DNA of 64,000 nt from Macrostomum lignano (lineage: Eukaryota), in assembly GCA_002269645.1 (NCBI GenBank), contig NIVC01000983.1, forward strand, positions 62,001 through 126,000, given 5' to 3'. The notes under the pieces were generated by a model. It was not told where the DNA came from. It did not search any database and saw only the letters and a program-made list of their open reading frames with translations. Positions 34,459 through 47,600 of the stretch are shown in pieces. Each line of letters begins with the position of its first letter. The first letter of the stretch is position 1. The translations under genes and the position numbers were made by a program.

Positions 34459-35134
34459 GAAACGCATGACCAATGACACATTTCGGTTAACAGTCAATAG
34501 CGCTTACGCATGTTATTATAAATTTTCTTCGAAATAATAAAAAATTCTGATGTATTCTGATAACTTTTCCTTTATAATCCCTATCTTTGAAACATTTGAA
34601 GCTCATCCACGTAGCAATGCAAGTATTTTTGTTTTACACATTACTGAAATACTGTGGCTGCTAGGGGGTGTTGCTGAGAGGTCAAGGTTCATTTGCAAAA
34701 AAAGCTGAGATATCAAGGCTCGGGAGGGAATTGTTGAAATGATGTGACTCTTTAGGAGATATGCTGAGATGTCAAGTATCACGGGGTGAATTGCATGGAC
34801 GTCAAAGCTCGCGGTGGAGTTTTGAAATGCTGTGTTTCATATGGGGGGGTTGCTAAAATGCCGAGTATCAGTTGGAAGATGTTGGTAGGTCAAGCTAAAA
34901 GTAGATCATACAGACAGTTAGGTTTAACCCAAGGCTTACAGGGGGCTTTGATACTGACGCTCATACGGGATGATAGCTGGCTTTCAGGGCTGATGATTTT
35001 TGCGTTAAACATCATTTTTAGGATAAGCTCGTATTAACAATAGCGACTGTACAAGGTCAAAACCTACAAGTGGCTTATTCAAAGATGTTTATTCCTTTTT
35101 TGCCCCTCCTATAGCACAGTCACACAGTTAGGTA

Positions 35135-35205
35135 CATGCCTAACGATAAATAAAGTTAGGGCCGCTGTACACGATCCTGTGTGAGTGTGTGCCTGTGCAT
35201 ATGTG
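35135..35205 (-). repeat. Partial copy of the dispersed 22794/62437 repeat (hairpin core)
   Basis: Reverse complement of ...GTGTACAGCGGCCCTAACTTTATTTATCGTTAGGCATGTAC... Confidence 0.8.
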
Positions 35206-36199
35206 GTATAAGATCCTACGTGTGTCTCTCTTTTCGGCTATAGACTTATTTTGTTATGATTTTGCTCTGACACTTTCTTTTAAGTACTAAGCTGCGAGCT
35301 GCCTTGAAGGAAAAGGAGAAAGGAAGAAATATACTCTCGCGCAAAACTCTAAACTAAAGAGCATTCCTGGAATTCATTACGTATATTCTTTTTCTCTGAC
35401 AAAGTAAAAATCTTCATTCACTTCTTTTTTTCTTGCTACTCATCAGTAGTGCCACTACACCTTATTTGCTCAGGAAGAATCGCATGGTTCTCATTTTTGC
35501 GTACTTACTATAATTGCTCCGCATCTTAAATGTCAGGAAGTGAGGTTCATATTCTTTTCCAGAAAGCATTTGATTTCCATTGCTTCAAGGCGAGAAGCAC
35601 ATCGCCTCAGTGAGTTACTGAGGGATATTGAGGAAGAAAATTTACGGATATGGCAGCTTAGCTGCGCGGCGCCTGTGCCTGTATGAATCATTTACATGTT
35701 GCTAGCATTGGGATTCTAGCCTCGCAGAAACGTCTCCCCTGATCTTCCTCGATGTCAGCTCCAAACTATTGTAAATCATCCAAAACGACACCATAATCTC
35801 GATCTATTGCTTGACAAGATGCAATCCGCAAATATTTGCTAGTATCAGACTGCAAGTCCCGTTTCAGTCTCCCCAGTGGGACCAGAGCACCTGCCGTCCC
35901 AGTTGGAACATGTATTCTGTATTTCCTGCAAAAAAATTAAGCAAACAGCATCATGAGGTGAGGATGGTCGAGGTTGAGGCCTGAAATTGACTCAGATGTG
36001 TGGGGGCAAACACACGTACTCCCGCAACAAAACGGAATCCAACAGCAGCGGAGTCCATTAATCGGTCGCTTCTTCATTGGCTACCGCTGCATGCAGCCTC
36101 GACAAACGCTTTAAGATGGACGAAACTTGCAGAAACGACTCACAACCGACTCAAAAACCGATCCAACTGACTCAACGAGACTCAAGAGAAACGAACGAT

Positions 36200-37272
36200 A
36201 TGCTGACGGATTTGATTTCGCCTCTGCCTCTGCTGCAGCTGCAGCTGCTGTTGCTGGCTGTCGCTGGTCGAGCCGAAGCTGCAAGCGGCTGTGCAACGCG
36301 CCACACTCTGCAGCCGCTGCACAGCGACTCCTGCGTCCCGGACGCCGATCTGCAGCGTCAGCTGCGGCTGCCCAACGCGCAGCTCATGCCGGGCGCCTCG
36401 GACGCGAAGTCCTGCGCGATGGCCTGCGCTTTCCGACCGAGTGCGTGCGCGGTCACCCAGTTCCGCTTCGTCGCCCGGCTGTGTCACGTGACTGCGGACC
36501 TGCCGCGACCGGCCAGCGAGGCCGAGGCGGCCGGCACGGCGAGCCACGGCGACTGCGTTGCGACGCTGCTAAGACGCGACGCTTCCGGAGCGACCGGCTG
36601 GCAGTTCGCCGCTCGGCTGTCGGCCTTCTTCGACTTCCGCATCTCCGACCGGAACCTCGGCGTCGTCGGTGTCGGCTCGCCGCTCTCCGCGCCTGCGCAG
36701 CTCGTCGGTACCGCCGTGCGCAACGCGTCGGGCGCCGTGCTGCCCGGTCGGCTCGACTCGTTCGTGATGATCGGCGTGGCGCCGCCGGGTTTCCAGGCCT
36801 TCGAATCGTCCTCGAAGGAGTACACATTCTTCTTCAGCATCGCGGGAATGCCCAGCGTTCCTACAGGCCAGACGCACCTGCTTCGAATCGTGCCTTCCAG
36901 CAATCCAACTAGTAAATTCTGCTCGTTCGCGTATTTTTCAGATGGTGACATGATGTTCGCAACTTGTTCACTGAAACAATCGGCTACGTGACGGACAACT
37001 CCATGCCGCTGGCTGCAAAGCAGAAGTTTAATGTCGCTATGAGATACAGCACTTCCACAGCCTCTAAGGCCGTGTTCAACGGCTCGATCTACTCCGTCAA
37101 GTCATACAACACGGACTACAGTCTCCACACCGACACTGTTTTTGACGAGATCCGGCTCGGATCGGAAGGCACCCAGAACCACTACAGTCTGGATGCCACC
37201 ATCGTCTGCTTCGCCATGTCGCAAGGCGCTCTAACAACCCAGGAGCTCCAGGCCATCGCATCTGTTTGCTGA
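36200..37272 (+). pseudogene. PAN/Apple + LamG-like secreted protein, copy 2 (1-nt deletion near 36959)
   Basis: TTCG-CAAC versus TTCGGCAAC in copy 1; otherwise nearly identical to copy 1. May be a consensus error. Confidence 0.8.
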
Positions 37273-37397
37273 TAAGCATTGCTTCCTGAGGAACCGAATG
37301 CTTCAGTTTGCGGATCTTTGACTTAAATAACTGATGAAACAAACTGTCCAGTTTTTGGATGCCAGCTTTACAATTTTTAATACTTACTATTGCACTA

Positions 37398-37700
37398 GGG
37401 GGTTGTAGCCTAGTGGTTAGAGCGTTGGACTAACGACTGAAAGGTCTGGGGTTCGATTCTTAACCCGAAAAAAATTGTGTCCTTAAGAAAGACACTTCAT
37501 TTTGCATTGTTTCAGTTCACCCAGCTGTAAAATGGGTGCCAGCATTAGCTGGGGTAATTGAGGGTGTGTGTGGCGACCCCCCAGTCCTTGGACTGAGCCG
37601 CCGAACGCAGCCTTCAGATGCTCCACGCAATAGCTGCGGCTGAGCTGTCGGTTGCACATCTGGCCCAATTGGGGCAAGTGCAATCAATTATTGTTTGTTA
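37398..37700 (+). mobile_element. tRNA-derived SINE with CORE-like central domain
   Basis: A box TAGCCTAGTGG, B box GGTTCGATTC, then TGTGTCCTTAAGAAAGACACTT...CACCCAGCTGTAAAATGGG resembling the CORE consensus; AT-rich tail. Confidence 0.75.
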
Positions 37701-39344
37701 TTACTTACAAGACTTCAGATGACTTACTATATTTATTGGCTCTTCGTGTATGTCTGAGGTAAAGTTTATTTTATTCTTATCTAGATTTTCTCTAGCCTAC
37801 TCTTTCCTAACTGTACTAGTTGAGCCTACTCTAAATGTAGCTTCGCCCTTTCGCTTTCTGTGTTCTATCATCCTTTGGCTCGCTATCGCACACAGGACAA
37901 GCGTAGGACATCCTTTCGAGCTACACACTGAGGTAGCGCTTGCAAAAAAGAGTGACGTAATTCGACCTTTAGTGCAAGTAGCCCGTCGATACGGCCGAGT
38001 ATTTTAACTCCGTCAAGTACTCTCGTACTCCATCAACTTCGATTGCGATGGTTATTACCGATTATATTGCCGATTCTGTTAGGTAATTCAGAGTTCGGTT
38101 ATTACGGAATCTTTACCTAGCATTATAGCTATTGTCTGACAAATAATGGAAAATACATTAGTTAGATTATGATCAAACCATTATTTTCAACAAATGAGAT
38201 ACCGTTTCTCATTATTCGATGTATTTCATTTTCTTTTCGATTCTGGTTTCTGTTGTCATACACCTTCCTTCTCCAGTAGCCCAGAATTTCAGTCAATATT
38301 TACTGCTACTTACGAGCTAAATCTGTGTGAGCAGCAGAAGAGATGAATTTCTCGCTCCACAAAAGCCTCGGCTTCGCTTGGCTTGCCTTTTTATTTTCTG
38401 CTGCTCACTAGGCAATGAATAGGCTTGCTTTCTGTCTTCCAATTCTATTGCTCTCGCTCAGACTTCCGCGTTGCTATGAAGCAACTAAAGCATTCAGTAG
38501 AGAGCCCAACTGGGTCCCGACATCACACTTCGCGTCTGAAGCCTCGCCCCAACGCCCTTCCTCCGCTCGATTCCTCTTCCCTTACCTCTCGTCCCAGCCA
38601 GTGTATTCTCAGGTACAAGTATGACATCACATAATTTCGATTATTGAGGTAGCTAAATGAGATTACCTACAAAAGGCGTCTTACTCGTATAAGTTCGATG
38701 AGCTTTCACTCTCATTTCGCTGTTGAATGTTCAATTACTCGGTAACTAACCAGGACCGACTCTGATTAGCTTGCTAACCGTCGGTGAATGCCCTAACCCT
38801 ACTCAGCTAGCTGCCCTTCGTCCCTTGTGTTTTTCCAAGAGCGATGTTAGATCATGCAAGATACCACTGCATGGAATCTCTGGATGAAGCTGGCTTTCTC
38901 GTGACATTAATTGCATTTCACTTCGAATTGCTTTTAATTGTTTGTCGGTTAGTTTGATTCACTACGAGCAATTCACCAACGTGTCACCATGATGTGTTCC
39001 TTACTACCAAGACTTTATTAGTAATCAAGGAACAATCACTTCTAGCCACTGCTAGGCAACCCAGTAATCAACTGAAGGTATTTGTTACCTTGAGTCCTGT
39101 TTTGTAGAGCGCTCCCGGTGAGTAGTTCTCGCTTTAACTCAGTTGAGGATATCCTGTCGACTGGTAAATCAGGCGCCTCGCTTCCAAGATCTAGGTCCTA
39201 GTTCCTCAAGTATTCCTTGGATTCGTTTCCGGCCGGTATCTGCAGTCAGGACCAATCAGAAGCTTCGAATTAACAATGGGATCCCTGCGCCGTAATGCGG
39301 TTTTAAATATGCCTTCTCCTTCTAGCAGTGCCTTAGGGAGTTTT

Positions 39345-39500
39345 TCTTGTATGATTGGTGGGCGGGGAGTTGTTGCTGTATGGCTGCTGTTGCACCGCCC
39401 CGCCGCAGCCCGTGGCCAGTGAACTCACATGGCGTCAAACCCGCCGATGTGCACAGCGAGCGAAGCCGACCGTCAAAACTGCAAGCCGTCAGAGGCATAT
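39345..39500 (-). mobile_element. Isolated tyrosine-recombinase fragment from a second DIRS-like element
   Basis: PLTACSFDGRLRSLCTSAGLTPCEFTGHGLRRGGAT contains the H-x-x-R box; sequence differs from the recombinase at 39862-40750. Confidence 0.75.
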
Positions 39501-39861
39501 TTATGCATTTATTTACACGTATATACATATTTATATTTGTATTTATATCCAGATAGCACTCGATATTCATTAGAAGTACATCGCCTCGATGAGACAAACG
39601 AGCGATTTTAAGGAAGAAAATTTAGGGATTACGGCAGTACCTGTAATACGTCGTACGGCAGGCTCTCCTAAAAATACACAAGTGCCAGAGCCAATTCACG
39701 ATAACGGCTGACGCCGTTCGTCTGGATCGGGATCGTCTACGCTTAAACACGCCGGAAGGAGCCAAACGAGACAAAGTCAGTTGCGAAAAGCAGGCAGCGG
39801 CCGAGAAAGCGGATCCCAACCCCAATGATGGGGAAGGGAAGGAGTAAAAGCGGGAAGGCAG

Positions 39862-41400
39862 TCAGGTGGACGCAGCCTGCAGCTGCGAAGCCATGAAAGA
39901 AGCAGAGCGCTGGCGGCGCGACAGGGCAGAGCTGGCAGAAAAGTAGCGGAGAACAGCGTCCGTTCTCCAGCCCCGTAGATCCCGAACGTCCGATTCTGAC
40001 AAGCCGATTTGATGGCAGAAGCTGGCACCCCCACGCCGGATGCTGTGGCCGGAGAAACCAGCAGCTGGAAGGCCGCACGCAGCCAGACACGCACGAAGAC
40101 AGCTGATGAACCGGCTGGCTGAGAGCTCGCCTCCGTGGCCGTAGCCAAAGAGTGGCGCCCTTGGGTCGCTGACTGGTGACAGGTGCAGGTGAGACAGTAG
40201 AGCGTGCACAAGGCAGAGTGGTGACTCTTGAACAGGTGGCAGAAGAACGACATGCGGCGTCGACCCGAACTGGTTGGTCTTGGACTTAGGGAGGGCCAAC
40301 ATCCAGCAGCCAGATGAAGCCGACAGGCAGGCCCGTGAGACAGAGCGGCTGCCGCGGGTCGATAGGAAGTCGCCAAGGCGCAACATGCCCCACCAGCCCA
40401 CCAGAAGAGCCGCCCAGAAGGCGGCCCTGAGATCTGCGCTTGAGATGGAGCGCGGGAGCTGCTGATGGATGCTCTTGAGGTGCTCGATGGTCAGCGGCTT
40501 CGCCTGTTTGCATCGCAGGCCCAGATGACATTTGGCACCGCGGAGGGCCAGCTGCACGGTGAATTCTTTCGCTGGGTCGGGGGCGCCGGTGGCTTGGTGC
40601 AGAAAGGAGACGGCATGGATGTAGGATCGGAGGCTAGAGAAAGACCGGAGCCGGGTGCTCACCAGGTGCGCAATGTAGCGGCAGAGCAGGTCACCATCAG
40701 CTGGAGATGAAGGGCGGCCTGCGCTAACACAGAAGGCTTTCCAGGAGCGCAGCTGGCCAGGAGTTCTCCGCCAGGCCGAGGCGGCACAGGCGTCCGGCGG
40801 ACACAGCGCGAGGGGCGGGCGGCGTCTCCGGAGGGCGAGGGCGACCTGCAAAAGGAGGCGAGATTGAGAAGCGGCAGAGAGCGCGTGCGACGCGAACTCA
40901 AGCGGGCAGATCACGAGCGTACGGTAGTAGCGGCAGCAAAAGTTAATGAGCTCATGCTGCGAGGCAAACATGCGGGAGGCGGCATCAGCAAAAATCTGCA
41001 TGCGACCAGGAAGGTGAAAGGCCTCCAAACTGATGCTGTTCCTGATGCACAGCAGAGCCACAGTCTGGTACACCTGCAGGAACCGCGGGTCACGACAGCT
41101 CAGCCGATTGATCATGCCAGCAGCAGCGGTGCTGTCGGTGTAGATGACAATCTTGCAGTTCTTTAGCTGAGAGCGACGGTGCAGGATGATCAGCAAAGGT
41201 GCCAGAGCCTCCTTGAAGTTGATATGAACATCCTTGAACACACCACCGCAGTCCAGCTCCCAGTCGATGACACTCCAGAAACTCTCGGCACCCCAGATGA
41301 CTGCGGCTGCGCCCGACCGGCTGCTGTCAGTCTCCATGGCAAACTCCTCATCAAAGCGCGGCCACAAAGCCACCGGGGGAGCCAAGCCAGGGCTCTGAGC
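39862..41400 (-). pseudogene. RNase H and tyrosine recombinase of the DIRS-like element
   Basis: METDSS...HINFKEALA...YTDS...ADAASR; then MLRLGD, KSKTNQ, GHSIRRGGA, RGWRTDAVLRY. Confidence 0.88.
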
Positions 41401-42650
41401 CACCAGGACAGGTTGGCGCGGGTCTCATCGGTCACCCAAAGCTTGCAGTCATCAGCAGTTGTCAGCCAGTCGAAGAGCGGACGCAGGAAGACTCTGACAT
41501 GAGGGACAATCTGACAGAACCAGCCAAGCTTGCCAATCAGCTTCTGAGCAGAGCGCAGGTGCACCCGAGTCTCCGAGCAGGTTTGAGTCAGCAGCTTTGT
41601 CGTCTCGAGAGCTTTCTCCTCGGGCAGCGACTTTGTGCCGGTAGCGGTGTTGATGCGCACGCCAAGGAAGTCGATGCATTGCGTAGGTCTGACAACCTTG
41701 TCCCAGTTGATGGCAAAGCCGAGGCGCTGCAGGATGTCCAGCAGGCAATTGAAAGCAGCGAAAGCCTCGGACTCGGATTTCCCAGCGACTGCCCAGTCAT
41801 CCAGGTAGTTCACCGTAGCAGAAAAGCCAAGCCGGTGCATGTGCCGGGTAACGGCGGCTGAAAGGCGGTGAAAAACTTCGCAAGCAGCTTTGGCGCCGAA
41901 GGGAAGCCTGGTGTCGCAGAGCAGACTGTCCTGGCTGTCTGAGTCAAACCGCCAAGCGAGGCCGACGAGCCGGTAGTCAGCAGGCCTGATTGGCACGGAC
42001 CTGTAGGCGCTTTTGAGATCAATTTTGGCCATTCAGTGTCCCGGACGGAGATGACGAACCAGCTGCTGGACAGTGCAATACTTGATGTGCTTCTGTTGGT
42101 CGTAGAAGTCGTTGACAGACTGGCCGGTCGGATCGGACAGGTCATGGATCAGGCGGACCCGCCGTAGGACTTGGGAAGGGCACCGATGGGGTTGATTTTG
42201 ATCGGGCCGCTCCACCGGATGTACCTCCCAAGGCGCAGCTCCTCCTCGACCTGGGCTTCCACAGCAGAGCGGTGCACCAAGGCGGAGGCGTGGTTCTTGG
42301 ACGAAGTCAAAGGTGGCTGGCCAGCATTGGTGAGAGCGAAACCGTTGACGACGCCTTGCATCAGAAAGTCGCGGTCTGGGTCGTCGCTGAGCAGAGCACT
42401 CCAGGCGTCAGGTTGCAGGTCAGACGAGATGGGCAGCGAAGAAGTAAAAGCAGAAAAATCGGAATTAAAAGCAGAGCAGTCAGCTGGATAAAATGGCATC
42501 AGTTTTTTGCACTCGCACCAGTCACGTGACCCGGCAGCTGTCCGGTGAGTAATGGCTGCGGCGACTGCGTGTGAGCGTGAGCCGGGTGCGCTGCCAGGCA
42601 GCCTTGGATTTTGCAGACGTGGCGGAACTTGCAGTTCTGGCGGTTGCATC
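41385..42650 (-). pseudogene. Reverse transcriptase of the DIRS-like element (frameshift near 42160, TGA at 42033-42035)
   Basis: PIGALPK / RLIHDLS.P.GQSVND / KIDLKSAYR / LPFG / YLDD / FLG. Confidence 0.9.
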
Positions 42651-43616
42651 CGGACACGGAGTTGAAGCGCAGACAGATCGGCCTGGTTGCTGCCGGGATT
42701 TGCTGCTGGCTGGGCTGCTTAGCGAATGTGAACCGCAGGTTTCTGGGGGCGTTGAGGTGCTTGTGGTACAACTGAGGGGGCTCCTCACCCCACGCCATGC
42801 CCGACTTTGCCACCAGCCTCCGGTAGTCCTCGTCAAACTCCCAGATTACGGACTCCGCGGGTAGTCAGCAGCCAGCAGCTCTCCAATCTTGCGATTGTAG
42901 TCAAGGTAGCCAAGGACGTCAGTCAGGAGACCATCAGTGCTTCCAGCAGCCGCCGGGAGTTTTTCCTTGATCAGCTTTTGCAAGATGATCGAGTTGGCCG
43001 CGATCCACTGACCAGCAGAGATACTAGACAGCTTCGGCTCCTGCTTTCTGAATGTGAGCGAGCCATTCTCCATAGTGGCGACCAACTGCTCCTGACTGGC
43101 TGAGCCGGATCCTCTGGCTAGCTTGATGTGGTCTCTGACGAGATGCAACCTGCGAGTTGGAGCCTGGCAATTAGCGGCCTGAAGCTGAGCCGCCTGCCTC
43201 ATCCCAGATTCAAAAACCTCGGGCAACTGCAGACTGGCATGTGCGTTTTGCTCACCTGATGATGATGCTGGCTGGGGCTGAGCCGTCAAGCGCTGCTGAG
43301 TGTGAAGCTGTTGCTGAAGATCACGACGACGGCCTTCCAGGACTTGCAGTTCGAGCAGCTCCACCTCCTGCCGCAGCGCAGCCAGCCGGTCGCTCCCCGC
43401 CCCCGGAGGCGCCTCGCCCGCGCTGCCGATGCCGTCTTTGGCGTCCGGAGCAGAAGTCATCTCGGAGTTGTTGACGTCTTCGTCAGCTTGCTCTAAACCG
43501 AGTGCAGTAGACAAGCGCTTGGCAAGCTGTTGTTTGCGGCCCGTAGTAGGCAGGCCTCTGTTTCGCAGCTCAGCCTTGAGTTGGCGCACGTTTAGTCGCT
43601 TTGGGCTGGCACTCAT
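42499..43616 (-). pseudogene. gag-like ORF with N-terminal SAP motif and C-terminal Cys/His finger (frameshift near 42850)
   Basis: LNVRQLKAELRNRGLPTTGRKQQLAKRL (SAP); CLRFNSVSGCNRQNCKFRHVC...C...H. Confidence 0.8.
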
Positions 43617-44360
43617 GGCGGTGGCTGAGCAAAAAAATTGAGAAATGGCGGCGGAGCCAAGCCGGGCCGGGTGCAGAGGCTTTAAGCTGGCCGGCGCGGC
43701 CAACACCCCCACACCTCAACCCCCCGCCAAAGTACAGCGATATGTACAGCGACACCCTCCGGCGTGTCTAACACCCCTTACTCAGAGAGTAACGATTGCA
43801 TTAAATAAGAAAATTTAGGGTAAGGGAAAACTATAATACAAATTTTAGGTAGCACAGGTTGCACTAATAGGAGTCGTGCCTCAAAAGAACCTAGAGTCTA
43901 GACCATAGAAAATCATAGGAAATAGTAGGACAATGTGGGTGTTTTACTATCTGCTAATATCTGTTAAACTATCGTTTGTGGTACTTCAATTAATTTATTG
44001 TTTTTACGGAATGGACAAGTCATTTCTCAGTAGATTCCTGTCCTTATTCTTTAATTTCTCATGCTAGGATAAGGGGAATGCCGGGGCTCCTGGTGGCAGA
44101 GCTAGCGAACTACAAAACATTCTACTAAGATTCTACTGTATCTACTAAGATTAAAACAAGAATAAACCAGTATAGCCTCGATCAACACGGGAGCCATGCC
44201 ACTAGCAATGGGATCATGGACACACAGACAATCTTCATCGATCTCTGCCCGAACTATTATTCTATCCACATGACGTGTCAATCTATTCTCGCTTAGCCTA
44301 GCAACTGGGACCTTTGGCCACTCTGTCACAGTTGAAACATTTTCTATGGTTCAAGCAAAC

Positions 44361-44563
44361 TGCTGTGTGTGGGCTCAGGGCCATAGACACCTGGGAACCA
44401 CCACAGTAAGTTTATTTTATAAAGTAGAGCAGAGCAGAATTTAAAGAAAGCCAAGAGGCCTAGAAGTCGCTTGGCGTGAGCGCTCTGAAATATATGAGTA
44501 CAAAACTCACTCAATCGTCTGACAACAACCGAATGACTCCGTCTCCTTACTGCATACATAACA
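44361..44563 (+). repeat. 5' LTR (203 bp)
   Basis: One substitution seen against the 3' LTR, apart from the insertion. Confidence 0.95.
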
Positions 44564-44603
44564 GTGGCGTCGCAAGCTTTTGGATTTAGTCAACTTGCGA
44601 GAT

Positions 44604-47600
44604 ATGTCGAAGTCACCAGGAAAAGTACCTGGTAAGACACCAGTGAAGTCTCCAGTGAAGATGCCAGCAATAGCTCCGAGCATGCTCTCACAGGATGCGA
44701 CTTTGTCGAACCAAAGCAGCCGTCCAACGTCGGGAATGGCCGAAATAGAGCGATTGGACGAGAACTCTAGCCTGGAGCGATGGATGGATCGCTTCGAGAT
44801 CGCGTCGAAGTTCTTCAACTGGAGCGCGACCGACAAGGCTCAGGTGCTGCTTTTGAGGCTCGCACCGCAGCTGTTTGAAAAACTGGCGGACTATCTGGCG
44901 CCCAAAAAGCCTGGAGATAAGATATTCGACGAGCTGAAAACAGCGCTGGGGGATATAATGCTGCCCAAAACGTACGTCCTTGCCGAAAGATTCAATTTTC
45001 AAAGTATAAGACGAGAACCAAACGAAACAGTGCGAGTGTTCTCCGAGCGATTGATCAAAGCCGCAGAAAAGTGTGAGTTTCAAAACAAGGACGAAAGACT
45101 GCGTGATCAGTTCATTTGCGGCCTAAACAACCAAGGCATTATTGGGAAGCTTATCGTCAAAGATCACAAGAAGCTCAGTTTTAAGGACGCAGCTAGCGAA
45201 GCAGAAGCGCATGCAAGTCTGTTGGAGACTCCTATTATGAAGAGTGCACCAAAAACTGAGGCTGGGTCCATCTTAAAGGTCGATTTATCGAAGCCTAGAA
45301 CCGTCGAAAAGAAGAGCAATCGGACTCACGGAAAGGGTCTCGAGAAGGCGTGTCAAAAGTGTGGACGCGCACATGCCAGGATGCAGTGCCCAGCGTTTGG
45401 GAAAAGTTGTAATAAGTGCGGTAAGCCTAATCATTTTGCGAAGGTCTGCAGAAATGGTGAGAGTAAAAGCAGGACATCAGGCGGAAATTCTGTACAACAT
45501 GTAGCTGGGAGTGGAAAAATTTTCGCGGCGGAAGCCCGAAGGTGTTGTCAGCGACAGCAGCCTCGAGAGCCGATTGCTATCACGGTGAAGATTCTCGAAG
45601 CAAACAGAGGGCATCCCATCCGTTGCGAGCTCGATACGGGAGCTGGAGTGTCGATCTTGTCAGAAGCCTTGTGGAACCAACTTGGTCGCCCAACTCTAAG
45701 ACCTTCGGACGTAAAGCTGGGAGGCTATGCGAGTGACCATACGTTTCAGGTATTGGGAAGGTATGAAGCGACTGTTGATATCGAAGGCGAATTTCGGACA
45801 ATCAATTTTGAAGTTGTGAAAGGGAACAAGAGCTACGCTCTTCTTGGAAGGGACGTGCTTTGTGTCCATCTGGAATCAAGTCAGGCTGTGGGAGAGGCGG
45901 CACCTTGTGCATCTATGAAAGCGCATCTAGAGTTAAAGGCGGGCGCGACACCGAAGCACATAAAGGCAAGGCCGTTGCCTTTTGCCCAACGTGAAGCTGT
46001 TCAGAGAGAGATAGATCGATTGCTCCAGGAGGGAATCATAGAGCCTGTACGTTTCGCAGAGTGGGCATCGCCTATTGTGGTCGTGCCGAAACAACGTGGA
46101 GGAATTCGGCTCTGCGTGGATTACAAAAGGACTCTAAACCCGCAATTGGTACCTGACAGCTACCCGATGCCGACTCCGGAAGAAGCGTTTTCAGTAGTAT
46201 CTGGCTGCAAGCGATACACGCTGCTCGACTTGGAGAAAGCCTACAATCAAATCGAGCTGGATGCCGGATCAAAGCCGCTAACAGTGATGTCAACACCATT
46301 TGGGAATTACCAATATAACAGACTAGTATTCGGGATAAAAACGGCGCCGTCCATTTTCCAAAGATATATCTCAGAAGTAATTCAGGGAATCAATGGATCT
46401 ATAGCCTACATAGATGATGTGTTGATCGGTGGAAAGGATGAGGACGAGCTGTTGTCAAGAGAGGAGGAGGTTCTGCAGCGGCTGGAAGCAGAGGGACTGC
46501 ATGTAAATAAGGAAAAGTGCCAGCGGAATCAAAGCAGGATTCGGTTTTGGGCCACATACTCGAAAACGGCAACATTTACCCAGACGAAGAAAAAGTTCGT
46601 GCAATTAAAGACATGGAAGCGCCTAAAAACCTGGCTGAGCTAGAATCATTTCTGGGCTTAGTGGCATTTTGCTCGCGGTTCATTCAGAATTTAGGTGACC
46701 TGACTGCTCCGCTGATGCAGCTGAAGCAAAAAAATGTACCCTTCGAGTGGGGACCGAAACAGAGCAAGGCGCTGGAAAACCTCAAAGCTTCAATATCTAG
46801 AGATGCGCAGCTAACGGCCTATGATCCAGATCGGCCTGTGGAGCTCGAGGTCGATGCTTCGCAGAAGGCCCTGGGAGGAATTCTGAGCCAGGAGGGTCGT
46901 CCAGTGCTCTACATCAGCAAAATATTGTCGAAGGCTGAGCGAAACTACTCGCAGATGGAACTTGAGGCGTTGGCCATAGTTTGGGGTGTTCGCAGATGCC
47001 ATCGATTCTTGTGTGGCAGGAAGTTTACGCTGGTTACCGACCACAAACCGCTGGTTTACATATTTGCCGTGGACAGCGAGCTACCTGCTCGTGTTTCAGC
47101 GAGATTGCAGCGTTGGTCGATTTTGCTTACGGCGTATGACTACGAAATCAAATATCGAAACACCAAGGCGATGTCATCAGATGCGTTGTCCAGACTAGTA
47201 TCGCAGCATAAGAGTGAAGCAACTTTGGAGATTGGAAATGTAAATGCTTTCTGCACGCTGTTGCCAACTGAAGAGATTGTAAAAGCAACTCGAGAATGCA
47301 ACGAGATGCAGCGCTTGTTGAGTGCTATCAGATCAGGAAGTTTCAAGTCACCGAAGCTACGAGCCTTCAAGCCGGTCCGAGATGAGCTCACAGTACAAGA
47401 CGGTCTAATTCTTCGAGGTCATAGAGTAGTGATACCTCGTTCACTGCGTTGTAAGACGATCGGAGTGGTTCACCAAGCACACCTGGGAATAGTCAAATCT
47501 AAATCTCTGGCAAGAACTGAGTTCTGGTGGCCAGCGATGGACAAAGACTTGGAGAAAACCATTAGCAAGTGCCGGGTATGCCGATCAGCCAAACCACAAA

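Larger units (their letters stand above)
39614..43820 (-). mobile_element. Decayed DIRS-order (Ngaro-like) tyrosine-recombinase retrotransposon
   Basis: gag, RT (YLDD), DIRS-type RNase H and YR in order; 14-bp direct repeat AAGAAAATTTAGGG at 39614-39627 and 43807-43820. Termini are approximate. Confidence 0.9.

Noticed and set aside
37398-37467. Functional tRNA-Val(AAC)
   Set aside because: Acceptor and T stems do not pair, and it continues into a SINE body.
39862-41403. 513-aa ORF as a novel RNase H-recombinase fusion
   Set aside because: The join region is garbled and the element has several other frameshifts and a stop; most likely decay fused two overlapping frames.
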